DNA from: an uncultured Candidatus Saccharibacteria bacterium
GTDB taxonomy: Bacteria; Patescibacteriota; Saccharimonadia; Saccharimonadales; UBA4665
Length of the DNA: 64,000 bases
Direction: 5' to 3'
NCBI GenBank assembly: GCA_964610985.1
Contig: CAZSZJ010000003.1
Span: 143 to 64,142 of the forward strand
Of the stretch, positions 1-11,538 are shown one piece after another; position 1 is the stretch's first letter, and every line of letters begins with the position of its first letter. Under the pieces are notes generated by a model. That model saw nothing but the letters and a program-made list of their open reading frames with translations, was not told where the DNA came from and did no database searches. Position numbers and translations under genes: made by a program.

Positions 1-2
1 GC

Positions 3-320
3 ATGAAGCGCCACTGGAAACGGGTTCCGTCGACCATACGCCGGCCAATTGTGCTGGTTATTGGTACGTTGTTTATCATCGCGTCGGTACTTACTGGCTG
101 GCTGCCTGGCCCCGGCGGCATTCCGTTATTTTTGATCGGCATTGCTATTTTGGCCACTGAATTCGAGCGCGCACAGAAATTTAGAGACCTCATTTTGGGA
201 TGGATTCATGTTTTTGGAAAATGGTACAGACGCAACCGCGTGCTTGGGACGGTTTTTCTGAGTTTATGTGCCGCAGCTGCTATTTCTATCGCGATTTTTA
301 GCTTTAATAAGCTCCGATAA
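3..320 (+). CDS. small membrane protein with PGPGW-type motif
   Basis: ATG at 3, 105 aa. Hydrophobic helix IVLVIGTLFIIASVLTGW is followed by LPGPGGIPLFLIGIAILA, resembling the 'PGPGW' putative transmembrane family. A second hydrophobic helix lies near the C-terminus. The true start could lie upstream of the window. Confidence 0.6.
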   Translation: MKRHWKRVPSTIRRPIVLVIGTLFIIASVLTGWLPGPGGIPLFLIGIAILATEFERAQKFRDLILGWIHVFGKWYRRNRVLGTVFLSLCAAAAISIAIFSFNKLR

Positions 321-353
321 CTCTCTGTTAAGCATAAGCATTAAAGAATATAT

Positions 354-381
354 TTGACATACGCGCCAACAGATGTAAAAT
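354..381 (+). promoter_or_regulatory. putative sigma-70-type promoter (TTGACA - 16 nt - TAAAAT)
   Basis: ttgaca at 354-359 and taaaat at 376-381, separated by 16 nt. It lies in the non-coding gap upstream of the small ORF starting at 419. Confidence 0.4.
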
Positions 382-418
382 ACAGAGTAATTGGTTATAT
401 AAATGTAAGGTGGCGCAC

Positions 419-631
419 ATGTCGGAGTTCATCGTTCTGGGGCTTATTCCAGGCACACAAATTCAGATCACATTTTTACTATGGCTATTGGTTGTGCTTA
501 CGATTTCTATTTTTGCCGGTGCGCACATCGTGCAGCGTTCGCGTATGTTCCGGAATGCGCTGGTGACACTCGTCTTGTTGGCACTCAGCCGCAGGACACC
601 CGATTCTGAGGCTCTTTGGTCGACGTTGTAA
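419..631 (+). CDS. small hydrophobic protein (two predicted TM helices), function unknown
   Basis: The ORF-track frame 410..631 opens with GTG. An in-frame ATG at 419 sits 5 nt after an AAGGTGG Shine-Dalgarno (407-413). The product MSEFIVLGLIPGTQIQITFLLWLLVVLTISIFAG... is strongly hydrophobic. No family recognised. Confidence 0.45.
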   Translation: MSEFIVLGLIPGTQIQITFLLWLLVVLTISIFAGAHIVQRSRMFRNALVTLVLLALSRRTPDSEALWSTL

Positions 632-650
632 TCTAGTCTGCCCTATAAAA

Positions 651-2093
651 TTACTCTTCGCTGTTTGCCGGCATAATGCTTTCAGCATACAATTTGAGTT
701 CTTCGAGCAAGTATTCTTGATGCGAAGTAAGATGCTCGCGTGCAGCGACCTCTTGCAAGCGCGCAAAGAAGCGCGCTATTCTGCTCTGCGGGCCGCCGTC
801 TAGCAGCCTCCGTACGCAGTGCTTCTCCCATTCGACACGCTCTTCGCCACTCAGCGCTTTGGGATAATTTCGGGCTTTATACAGTGGCAAAAGTGCCGAT
901 AGCCGTTGGTCTTTGAAACGCAAATTTAGGTCGCCCAACTCCTCTGGCCGCGCGGCGCGCACCACGCTCATAGCCTGCTTGTCACCATTATCAAGAAATC
1001 CATCGTACATGCATTCGTCCACATCTTTGTCGGTAGCGACCAGTGATGTTTGGAAAGGTTTGTCCATGATTTCCCAAGCTTTAAAGAGCCGGGCTTCGAG
1101 ATCGGGCATGCTCTCTAGGGCAGCGGCATGCTGTCGTATTTCTTTCATGTCGAGTTTGAGACGTTTTTGGCTAGCCTCGTCTAAAACGCCGAGTGGCGCC
1201 ACGGCGGGACAGCGGTTGAATTGCAATGATTTTACGGGTAGGCGCGGCTCTTCTGAGTCTTTTTTCCATTTCCAGGATTCAGCGAGCTGTTCGGGCGTGG
1301 CATCTTTGTAATACAGTGGGTCGTAACGCAGATCAAACACAAACATACCCTGTTTTTTGGGATGAGGACAGATCGGCATAACTACCGTTGTCTTTTCGTA
1401 CTCAGCGGCATATTTGCCGCTCGTGTACACGAAAGGTTTGCCGCTGTCTGCCAGCTCGGCCACCTTGCGTTTGTCGCGCATAGTCATTAGGTAATCAAAT
1501 AATTTGGTCTGCTTGTTACGAATCATCCGGGCCACGGCGATGGTGGCATCCACGTCACTGAGAGCGTCATGTGCATGGGCATGATCTAGTTTATTGAGTC
1601 CCGTCAAAAGCTCCAAACGGTTGGTCGGTTTGCCATGCACATCAACCGGCCACTTTATACCCTCCGGCCGAAGCGCACGCGTCATGCGCACCACATCCAG
1701 TAAATCCCACCGCGACCGGTCCTCACGCCATTGCCATTCATACGGATCGTAAAAATTGCGGTAGTGCAGACAGCGCATAAACTCGTCGTCAAAACGTACG
1801 GTGTTAAAGCCCAGGAAAATTGTGCCTGGCGTAGCGATCTCGTCGGAAAACATGCGCAGGAACTCAGCTTCGGTGTAGCCATCAGCGACGGTCTGCTGCG
1901 GCGTGATGCCGGTGATAAGGATGGCATCTGGATCGGGCAAAATATCTTCGGTCAAACGGATTAATGCGTTGACGGGCTCACCCAGTGGATTGAGGTTAAG
2001 GTCGGTGCGGCGACCGGCAAACTGCATAATGCGGCTGCTATGCGCGTTAATTCCGCTTGTTTCGAGGTCATAAAAGAAAAAACTGGCTGACAT
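651..2093 (-). CDS. sbcB: exodeoxyribonuclease I
   Basis: 480 aa. N-terminal DEDDh exonuclease motifs (FFFYDLETSGIN, NTVRFDDEF, HDALSDV), with length and C-terminal region typical of ExoI. ATG confirmed at 2091-2093. Confidence 0.9.
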   Translation of the reverse strand: MSASFFFYDLETSGINAHSSRIMQFAGRRTDLNLNPLGEPVNALIRLTEDILPDPDAILITGITPQQTVADGYTEAEFLRMFSDEIATPGTIFLGFNTVRFDDEFMRCLHYRNFYDPYEWQWREDRSRWDLLDVVRMTRALRPEGIKWPVDVHGKPTNRLELLTGLNKLDHAHAHDALSDVDATIAVARMIRNKQTKLFDYLMTMRDKRKVAELADSGKPFVYTSGKYAAEYEKTTVVMPICPHPKKQGMFVFDLRYDPLYYKDATPEQLAESWKWKKDSEEPRLPVKSLQFNRCPAVAPLGVLDEASQKRLKLDMKEIRQHAAALESMPDLEARLFKAWEIMDKPFQTSLVATDKDVDECMYDGFLDNGDKQAMSVVRAARPEELGDLNLRFKDQRLSALLPLYKARNYPKALSGEERVEWEKHCVRRLLDGGPQSRIARFFARLQEVAAREHLTSHQEYLLEELKLYAESIMPANSEE

Positions 2094-2101
2094 TACATCA
2101 A

Positions 2102-3058
2102 CTAGTGTAGCAGAAGCGGATCCTGATAGCGGAATAATCCGTAGTCCTCACCCATATTGATTGCCGCGTGTCCCGTGGTTTTGAGCCGTGAAGGAGCGGT
2201 AAGATCATCTAATGGAGGCGTATGGACTGGACACTTGAGCGTCGCTGTTTCGAGAAATTCGCCTCTATAAAACACATCAGCCCAATTGTCGCCATGGTGA
2301 CGTCTCGTATTATATTGCCGGGTTTCGCGGTCAAAAAATATCTCAACATCGAGTTGAGGCAAAGGTATGCGATGTTTCGATTGAATATTAACGCTGTTCA
2401 TTCCCGCCAATGCCAGAGGCAAGCGGATAAGGTCATGCGCGGCCTGAACGCGGTGATCGAGATTAATGTTGTCTCGTTTTTTACCGATAAATCGGGCATG
2501 CTCTTGCATAAAGTGCGCGAGCGAACTTCCCGCCAATGCCCATTTGAGACTTCTGGCCTCGTCCGAAATATTTTTGCGATCTACCGCGGATTCCACCAGC
2601 TGGCGGCCCAGGATAGCGTGGCGCGCGAAGGCGTAGGGCCACCAACGACGCGACGCCGTAGCACCATCGGTAAACTCACGTTCAAATTCGTCGCGTCGGC
2701 ATATCATCATGCCCACCAGATTGCGCTGATAGGCATTTCTGCGCTTACCCCAAAGCGTGAGGGGATTCCCAACTATTTTCTGACGCCGTGGCCGAGGATC
2801 TATAAAATGTGCAGCATAGCCATCGCCCTCGATAAATCCTTGACTCATCTGGTCGAAGCCAAAAGTAGTATACACGTGACGTTCGGTCTTATTCCAGTCG
2901 AGCGGTTTTATTTTACAAGGATCAATATTGCGACGCATTACAACTTCTTGGAGGGTGCGGAGTACGGCATCGGGATGCTTCTCAAGGTCCGGGGCAATAT
3001 CAGGCAGATGACTGGCGACTTCCAGCCGAGCTGTCCTGAGTACACCACTGTGCAGCAT
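2102..3058 (-). CDS. hypothetical protein (318 aa), no recognisable domain
   Basis: Long ORF with an ATG start, 8 nt upstream of sbcB on the same strand. No motif recognised by eye. The overlapping plus-strand ORF 2222..3079 is judged an antisense artefact. Confidence 0.6.
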   Translation of the reverse strand: MLHSGVLRTARLEVASHLPDIAPDLEKHPDAVLRTLQEVVMRRNIDPCKIKPLDWNKTERHVYTTFGFDQMSQGFIEGDGYAAHFIDPRPRRQKIVGNPLTLWGKRRNAYQRNLVGMMICRRDEFEREFTDGATASRRWWPYAFARHAILGRQLVESAVDRKNISDEARSLKWALAGSSLAHFMQEHARFIGKKRDNINLDHRVQAAHDLIRLPLALAGMNSVNIQSKHRIPLPQLDVEIFFDRETRQYNTRRHHGDNWADVFYRGEFLETATLKCPVHTPPLDDLTAPSRLKTTGHAAINMGEDYGLFRYQDPLLLH

Positions 3059-3092
3059 AGTCGCTTAATTATAACATAAAATACGTGGAACC

Positions 3093-3578
3093 TCAATTAT
3101 GAGAAGAGTCCGTGCCGGGCGATTCGGACCCCATGCCAGCAAAAGACATTTCAATCTCGCGGTGGAACATTAATGCCTGCACTACCCCTAAACCATGCTT
3201 TACAGCGATGCACGTTACCTCAATATCGAGGTCAGTTACATTTTGCTCACCGCCAGCAGACTTCTCTAGAAAGCGTTTTATGGCACCCGGTCGAAGCGAA
3301 CGCTCACCTTCCCTCTCAAGGCACTTCAGCTCCTCATCTATACGGCCTAGATTCTCGCCTGCCTTATTCTGTAATTCGCTAATAACCCACTCCAGACTTC
3401 TTTCCGCTACCTTAGTGGCTTGCCGAAAGGCGACATCCCACTTATCCGGATCATTTGGGTCAAAATAAGACTCGGCGTAAGCGTCAGCATACTGGTCGAC
3501 AAATGTCTCGCCATCAAAATCGTCCCCAAAATAGTTCTGAGCCGTTGTCAGCTCGGGGTCATATTTTTCTGGCAACAT
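3093..3578 (-). CDS. hypothetical acidic protein (161 aa)
   Basis: ATG start 9 nt downstream of the obg stop. Asp/Glu-rich N-terminus (DDFDGETFVDQYADAYAESYFDPNDPDKWD). No family recognised. Confidence 0.55.
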   Translation of the reverse strand: MLPEKYDPELTTAQNYFGDDFDGETFVDQYADAYAESYFDPNDPDKWDVAFRQATKVAERSLEWVISELQNKAGENLGRIDEELKCLEREGERSLRPGAIKRFLEKSAGGEQNVTDLDIEVTCIAVKHGLGVVQALMFHREIEMSFAGMGSESPGTDSSHN

Positions 3579-3587
3579 AATTCCCTC

Positions 3588-6040
<2,453 letters not shown>

Positions 6041-6207
6041 TTTGTTGATACGCTATTGCTCCTTGGACGTTTTTGAGGCGTCCACCCCTGAAAAACCAGA
6101 GGGAAACGCCAGAATTTTTGCCTTTCAAAGGCACTTCCCGCGTTTCAAGCATAAGTATAGACTATATATGCCCTTTTGGGAAGGCCAGAGACTTTTACTT
6201 ACCCCTG

Positions 6208-7254
6208 TTATGGATTGCATAATTTTGTGCAATATTGAGAAATATTTGCTTCATGCTCGGCTGCCGTTTTGGAAAAGTGAGTCGCACCATCGTCACCAGA
6301 TACGAAGTAAAGCCAATCAGTTGAGGCCGGATTAGCCACCGCTTTGAGCGAGCTGATCGTTACATTGGATATCGGGGTGGGCGTGAGCCCAGCATGACTA
6401 TAGGTGTTATACGCTGAATCGTAGGCCGAGGAAGGCTTTTGACCAGCCAACACCGCCCCGTATGATGCGGTGGCATCAGATTGGAGTTTCATACCTATGC
6501 GGAGGCGTTTTAAGAACACCTGCGCTACTTGCTCGCGGTCCTGCTGCTTGGGAACTTCTTTTTCCACGATTGAGGCCAGGATAATCGCTTCATAAGTGCT
6601 AAGACCCTGGCGAGCAAAGGCGCTCCTGAGGTCGGGCGTAAGATACGTATTCATCTGGTCGAGCGCTGATGCAACGATGGTCTGTGGGTCAGTAGCGGCT
6701 GTCTTTTGGTATGAATCAGGATACAGATAGCCCTCGAGACTGACATTGGCGGGCTTGTCGACCAGCGCCGGGTTATTAAGGTAGCCCCGGGGATCAAGTG
6801 CCCTATCAACTTCAGTCTCACTAAAACCGTCCTGGACAAGGGTGGTGCGAAGCTGGTCGAGCCGCCTTCCAGGGAGGAGCGTCACCAGATTGGTCGCTAC
6901 TTTGCCGCGCGTCAGTTGCGATACGATTTCGGGAACGCTTTGGGTGGCAGCCAGTTCATAACTGCCAGCTTTGAGGTCTTTGCCAACCTCTTTACTACTT
7001 ACATACAGACGGAAGGCCCAACTGCTGCGGATGACTCTTTCTTGTTGAAGCTTGCCAGCGATCTCGTCGACTGACGCACCCTGTTCTACGGTTATCAATC
7101 GAACTTCGGGGTTCGTGCTGAGCGGCCCAAGGTTTTTATTGTAGGCAAAGCGAACGCCGACGGTTGCCCCGCCGATCAGAATGACACCTACAAAGAAAAG
7201 TAGAACAATGCGGCGCGGCCAGCGCCTTTTGGCTGGTTGACTGGTATATTTCAT
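6208..7254 (-). CDS. mltG: endolytic murein transglycosylase MltG (YceG family)
   Basis: 348 aa. N-terminal TM anchor, YceG-like core (LASIVEKEV, YNTYSHAGLTPTPISN). 4-nt overlap with ruvX upstream. Confidence 0.9.
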   Translation of the reverse strand: MKYTSQPAKRRWPRRIVLLFFVGVILIGGATVGVRFAYNKNLGPLSTNPEVRLITVEQGASVDEIAGKLQQERVIRSSWAFRLYVSSKEVGKDLKAGSYELAATQSVPEIVSQLTRGKVATNLVTLLPGRRLDQLRTTLVQDGFSETEVDRALDPRGYLNNPALVDKPANVSLEGYLYPDSYQKTAATDPQTIVASALDQMNTYLTPDLRSAFARQGLSTYEAIILASIVEKEVPKQQDREQVAQVFLKRLRIGMKLQSDATASYGAVLAGQKPSSAYDSAYNTYSHAGLTPTPISNVTISSLKAVANPASTDWLYFVSGDDGATHFSKTAAEHEANISQYCTKLCNP

Positions 7255-7676
7255 GCGCGCACCTCGGGGTGATCATTTAGATAGTCCTCTAAAATATATG
7301 CGGCGGCTAGAGCGTCGATGTCGGATTTTTGGTATGGTTTACCGCGGGCTTCTAGCTCTTTTTCGGCTTTGACGGAGGTTACGGCCTCATCTTGCCAGTG
7401 AACAGGCAGGCCCAAGATGGGCTCTAGTGCAGCACCAAATGCTTTTACGGCATCAGTTTGCGCCGTAGAATCACCGTTCAGATTACGTGGCAGACCGAGC
7501 ACGAGTAACACGGCTCGTTCATCTTTGATAATTTGTTTGATGGTAGATAAGGCGTCAGCGTCGTTTGTAACCGTAGTGAGCGGATGCGCGATGCGTGCGA
7601 CCGCATGAGCACTCGCCACACCGATTCGTTTTGAGCCCACATCCAGTGCCAGGATTGAACTGTCGCTAGTTAGCAT
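7251..7676 (-). CDS. ruvX: Holliday junction resolvase-like nuclease RuvX (YqgF)
   Basis: ILALDVGSKRIGVA start typical of YqgF/RuvX. The ORF-track start at 7688 is TTG; the in-frame ATG at 7676 gives the canonical N-terminus. Confidence 0.85.
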   Translation of the reverse strand: MLTSDSSILALDVGSKRIGVASAHAVARIAHPLTTVTNDADALSTIKQIIKDERAVLLVLGLPRNLNGDSTAQTDAVKAFGAALEPILGLPVHWQDEAVTSVKAEKELEARGKPYQKSDIDALAAAYILEDYLNDHPEVRA

Positions 7677-9366
7677 TTTTTTGGACAACCGGTTTCTCGA
7701 CCGTAACTGTTATCTTCGCCGTCTTCTTTGGAATAGAGCTCACCCAGAATGGGCTATAGTCGACCTTTACTTCGGTTACGCCGGGATATTCGTTGATGAT
7801 GGTTCGTGCGTCGTTGGTCTTTTTGCCAGCGACTTTTGTCTTGATTTCGCCTACGTTCAGGTCGGAACCGGCAATGGCGGTTGCTTCCATGGTTACGAGC
7901 GTTACGCCGCTGTTTTCGTTTTGAAATTTAAAGGTAGCTTTGTCCAGGCCGTAATCGGTGATCTGCTGCTTGTTTTCGTCGATCTTGTCTTCGACGGCTT
8001 TGTCTATAACTTTCTTTAGGTCAGCTTGCTTGACGCCAAGCATGGTGTAGATAATCTTTTGAGTTACGGTTACATTGGCCGCTTCGTCACCGACTTTTAC
8101 ATCGGTACTGACTTCGGGTTCGCCGGCTTTAAAAGTGTCGTCGATCGGGTACAGGCTCTTGGCAGTAAGGCCGCTTTGCAGTTCTTGTTTGAGAGCATCA
8201 TTTTCCCCTGTAGCAACTTTTTGCTTGGCGTTGTCGATGTCGGCTTGCGAGACAATCTTGACGATTTGGCTTGTACCGCCGCTTACACCACTGGTAGAAG
8301 CGGAAATGTCGGGGCGCCCAGCCACCGTCAAGGCAGTGGGACCAGTATTGTATTTATCACCGTTATTTTGGGCGGCAACAGAGGTAGCTGCAGTAGCGAC
8401 CCAGGTACATTTACCGCCACTTAACTTTGGAACAAACGTAGTGTTGCTCTGTGCGATATATGTCAGTCCATTGGCACTCAAGCCAGTGCCTGCCGGAACG
8501 TCATTCGGTGGTGTTGCAGCACAAGTTCCGCCCGTCATAGATGCTGTGCCTGTCGCTTTTGTGCCATTATCTTTTTGGCCGGTGGCTTCGACTTGCTGCG
8601 TAAATGTTTTTTGGGCTTTTTGCTCTACCGAAGGCACGAGCGCTTTTTCGGCATCAACTTCGCGGGCTGCAGAACTTAGGGACAAATCTAGGTTGGCCTG
8701 CACAGCCGAACTATCGGTTTTAACAGATATGGATGCGCGTGGCATCGCCACAAAAGCCATATACCACATAAATACAAACACGACCACCGCGATACCGCCA
8801 ATGACCGCCCATATACGGAACTTATTAAAATCTGGGATGGAGAACTTTTTGCCGCCTTTTTTGGGCTTGGTTTTTTTGCTCATTGCGGCTGATTCGGCTT
8901 CTAACGTAGCACTGTCAAGGTTAATAGTGTCATCCTCGTCGATAGCAGGAAGTGCGGCAACGCTCGGAGAACGACGCAAGTGCTCGCCTACGGGCTTCGC
9001 GTCATCCAAAGGCTCATCGTCAGCTAGACTGACCGCTTCTTCATCATCGTCATCGGCACCATGCGCTCCCATGTGAGTTACAGGAACCTCTGGGCGAGAC
9101 TGCAAACTCTTGGCAACGTAAATACCCACACTACCGGCAAGCGGCAACAGCCCGGCCTCGCTCGTGATGAGCACCAAATGCTTTTTGGCTTCATCGGCGG
9201 TGCGCTTGAGCAGCTTCATATTAACGATGCTCTGCAGAACGGTGGCGCGCTTGGGTAATACCAAGGCAACGATCTTTTCGTGCGAACCACGAACTTTATC
9301 AATAATCGTCGTGATTTCGTCGTCTATGTCAATGTAGATCGTATCTTTGCCTGATGATGTGCTCAT
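7666..9366 (-). CDS. hypothetical single-pass membrane protein (566 aa)
   Basis: ATG at 9364-9366. Cytoplasmic N-terminal domain (IYIDIDDEITTIIDKVRGS...LVLPKRATVLQSIVNMKLLKR), an acidic linker, a TM (IWAVIGGIAVVVFVFMWYMAFVA) and a large Thr/Ala/Ser-rich extracytoplasmic region. It lies between ftsA and ruvX. No family assigned with confidence. Confidence 0.65.
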   Translation of the reverse strand: MSTSSGKDTIYIDIDDEITTIIDKVRGSHEKIVALVLPKRATVLQSIVNMKLLKRTADEAKKHLVLITSEAGLLPLAGSVGIYVAKSLQSRPEVPVTHMGAHGADDDDEEAVSLADDEPLDDAKPVGEHLRRSPSVAALPAIDEDDTINLDSATLEAESAAMSKKTKPKKGGKKFSIPDFNKFRIWAVIGGIAVVVFVFMWYMAFVAMPRASISVKTDSSAVQANLDLSLSSAAREVDAEKALVPSVEQKAQKTFTQQVEATGQKDNGTKATGTASMTGGTCAATPPNDVPAGTGLSANGLTYIAQSNTTFVPKLSGGKCTWVATAATSVAAQNNGDKYNTGPTALTVAGRPDISASTSGVSGGTSQIVKIVSQADIDNAKQKVATGENDALKQELQSGLTAKSLYPIDDTFKAGEPEVSTDVKVGDEAANVTVTQKIIYTMLGVKQADLKKVIDKAVEDKIDENKQQITDYGLDKATFKFQNENSGVTLVTMEATAIAGSDLNVGEIKTKVAGKKTNDARTIINEYPGVTEVKVDYSPFWVSSIPKKTAKITVTVEKPVVQKNAN

Positions 9367-9381
9367 TGTTTCTCTTCTTTT

Positions 9382-10716
9382 TTATACTCGTAACATCTTA
9401 TCTATTTTTTCGCGAACCGAATCGCCGGGCGATGTAGAGAACTGCAGCGTGTCGAGGCCAACTCGCAACAATCCCATGGCAGTAATAAAGGTATGGTCGG
9501 TGACGTCATCTGTTTTATCTATAATGCCAACGACCTGCTCGGGACGAATATGCTGTACGACCGGTTTGCGCGTAAAAGGCAATTCGGTATACCAATTGCC
9601 CGCTTCCAGTCGATCCATGAGCATATCGAGGCTCGAACCACCGCCACATAAAAACAAACGATGGGGCAAATGGTCAAGCTTATTGTTGAATTCGCTGAGT
9701 GCCAGCTCGACACCACTTGCCCAAACGTCCAGCGTTTTGGTTAATGCGCCTTCGATAGCTGGCACCTTGGCTTGCGGTGCCTTGTGGTCAGAAAGCCCCA
9801 CCTTTAACTCTTCGGCTTGTATAAAGGATACGTTGAGTTCACGTTCGATAGACCGCGTGAATGCCCGTCCGCCGATACCAAACATTTTGGTACCCTGCAC
9901 GCCACCGTCATTTATAACCGCGATGTCGGTCGTGCCGCCACCGACGTCCATAAGAACGGCACTCATGCTGGCATTGGCGTCATTGCCAATAACCGAGCGC
10001 GCTACGGCAAATGGCTCTGCTGCCACAGCCAGCAGATCGAGGTCAAGTTGCTGCGCGGTGCGCTCCAGCGCCCCGATATGGATCATAGGCGCAAAGGCGG
10101 TGTAAAGCTGCACCACCACGTCCCGCCCCTGAAAGCCGATTGGGCTTGTTACTTTATAGCCGTCAATCTCGATACCGACAAGGGCACTATTAACCAGCCG
10201 CACCTCAACTTCTTTACCGCCCAATTCCCAGGCCAATTGTTTTTTGGCTTTGGCTTCGGCGCGGGCTTGCACTAATTTAATAATTTTTTCGACTTCTAGT
10301 AAATCGAGGGGCTTATCTGGCTGTTTGCGTGTAACGCGAACGGTAGTTGTCGTGCCTTTGACCAGTTCACCAGCGATACCAATGACAGTGGTGCGCACAC
10401 TAACACCGGCCTGGTCTTCGGCTTGGCTGAGCGCCTTGTCGCAGTTGGCGACCACACTCGAAATATCGGCAATCGCCCCGGCCTGCATATCACTCAAGTC
10501 CTGGTGAGCGCGGCCCACGCCGACAATCTCGATCGTGTCACCGACCACATGACCGATCAGGGCCTTAACATATTCGGTACCGATATCCAGGCCAACCACA
10601 TATTGCTCGGCCTCGGACGCTTTTGCTTTTTGGCCAACTTTGGCATTGACCTCAGAAGCCTTGTCGGCAACCCTCTGTGCTAATGACTGACCCATCGTTT
10701 TGAATTTATCAAGCAT
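9382..10716 (-). CDS. ftsA: actin-like cell division protein FtsA
   Basis: 444 aa. Phosphate-1 VVGLDIGTEYVKAL, phosphate-2 / adenosine motifs VLMDVGGGTTDIAV and IGGRAFTRSIE. FtsA-type subdomain order, with AEELK after the second ATPase motif. Confidence 0.75.
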   Translation of the reverse strand: MLDKFKTMGQSLAQRVADKASEVNAKVGQKAKASEAEQYVVGLDIGTEYVKALIGHVVGDTIEIVGVGRAHQDLSDMQAGAIADISSVVANCDKALSQAEDQAGVSVRTTVIGIAGELVKGTTTTVRVTRKQPDKPLDLLEVEKIIKLVQARAEAKAKKQLAWELGGKEVEVRLVNSALVGIEIDGYKVTSPIGFQGRDVVVQLYTAFAPMIHIGALERTAQQLDLDLLAVAAEPFAVARSVIGNDANASMSAVLMDVGGGTTDIAVINDGGVQGTKMFGIGGRAFTRSIERELNVSFIQAEELKVGLSDHKAPQAKVPAIEGALTKTLDVWASGVELALSEFNNKLDHLPHRLFLCGGGSSLDMLMDRLEAGNWYTELPFTRKPVVQHIRPEQVVGIIDKTDDVTDHTFITAMGLLRVGLDTLQFSTSPGDSVREKIDKMLRV

Positions 10717-10776
10717 AATCGTCTTTGATTATACCATGGTTACGTCGGTATAAACGTCAAATTCAATAACTCTACG

Positions 10777-11530
10777 TTACTTAGGAGCAGTTGCTATAAA
10801 AGGCTGCCACTGTGCTTTAGTCTGATCCACGATCTGCCGTACCGATGCATATGACGCCAATGTTCTTTGCAATGTTGTGCGGGAAGCTGTTAAAGTCTCG
10901 GTATTCATCTCACAAAATTGACGCTGGAGATGCCGGGCGTTTTCCAGCTGGGTATGTTCAATGATTTCTTTGGCGTCCAGATGAGGTGTGAAGAGACGAA
11001 AATCATTACGCCACGCTCCTGATCGCCACAGGAGACCCATATTTACAGACCCCAAGCGCCGGGCAAGCCGGCTGGAAGGATGGGTTATCGCGATGAATAG
11101 TAAGCTGGAGGGAGTCACAGCCCATGTACATAGCGAATGCCGCCCGATAAGGCGCCACAAGCGACCCAATCTGCTGACCCATATCCCACTCCCTAAAAAT
11201 GACCGTAGAGCCTTCCACCTGCAAATAGCCTGGCGGCAAAAGCTCGCTCTGCGTTTTATGGTAGAGGCCCATCATTCCGACCAAACGCTCTTCGGCGACA
11301 TTATGAATACCCCATATAAAACGGCTATCTCTTTGCATCCACGATTGGTAGGCAGCTGACTCTTCTTTTCGCTGAAATAGATCATTCAGACCCTCACGGA
11401 ATTTCGGCGCAACCCATCGGCCTACGGCGGGCTCGACAAAAGGCGGTAGTGTCTGCAAATCAGCTGGCGTAATCTCACGCAGGACCAATGGATGAAGCTC
11501 TGAAGCTACTTGTATTTCTGGGGCGAACAT
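10777..11530 (-). pseudogene. GNAT (RimJ/RimL-like) N-acetyltransferase interrupted by a frameshift
   Basis: Frame A (11006..11530) reads ...IGSLVAPYRAAFAMYMGCDSLQLTIHRDNPS and then goes out of family. Frame B (10777..11169) continues with SSRLARRLGSVNMGLLWRSGAWRNDFRLFTPHLDAKE. Joined, this gives the canonical GNAT C-terminus N-x-x-S-x-R-L-x-x-x-L-G-(F). The junction is near 11075-11085 (minus-strand ...AACCCATCCTTCCAGCCGG...). Confidence 0.55.
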
Positions 11531-11538
11531 TGTGATGA

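Noticed and set aside
485-766. 93-aa minus-strand ORF and 354..566 plus-strand ORF in the first intergenic region
   Set aside because: They overlap the better-supported small membrane ORF (419..631), which has a promoter and SD. Their translations are Arg/Cys-rich and non-protein-like.
8075-9076. 333-aa plus-strand ORF, with neighbours 8026..8424 and 7681..8019, antisense to the 566-aa membrane protein gene
   Set aside because: Its Ser/Ala/Pro-rich composition is typical of the reverse frame of a Thr/Ala/Gly-rich gene. It has no start context and lies fully inside a better-supported operonic gene.
9382-10716. Alternative call as type IV pilus protein PilM
   Set aside because: There are no pilN/O genes downstream. 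The context (ruvX, mltG, wall hydrolase) and the length and subdomain pattern fit FtsA better. The ambiguity is kept in the confidence value.
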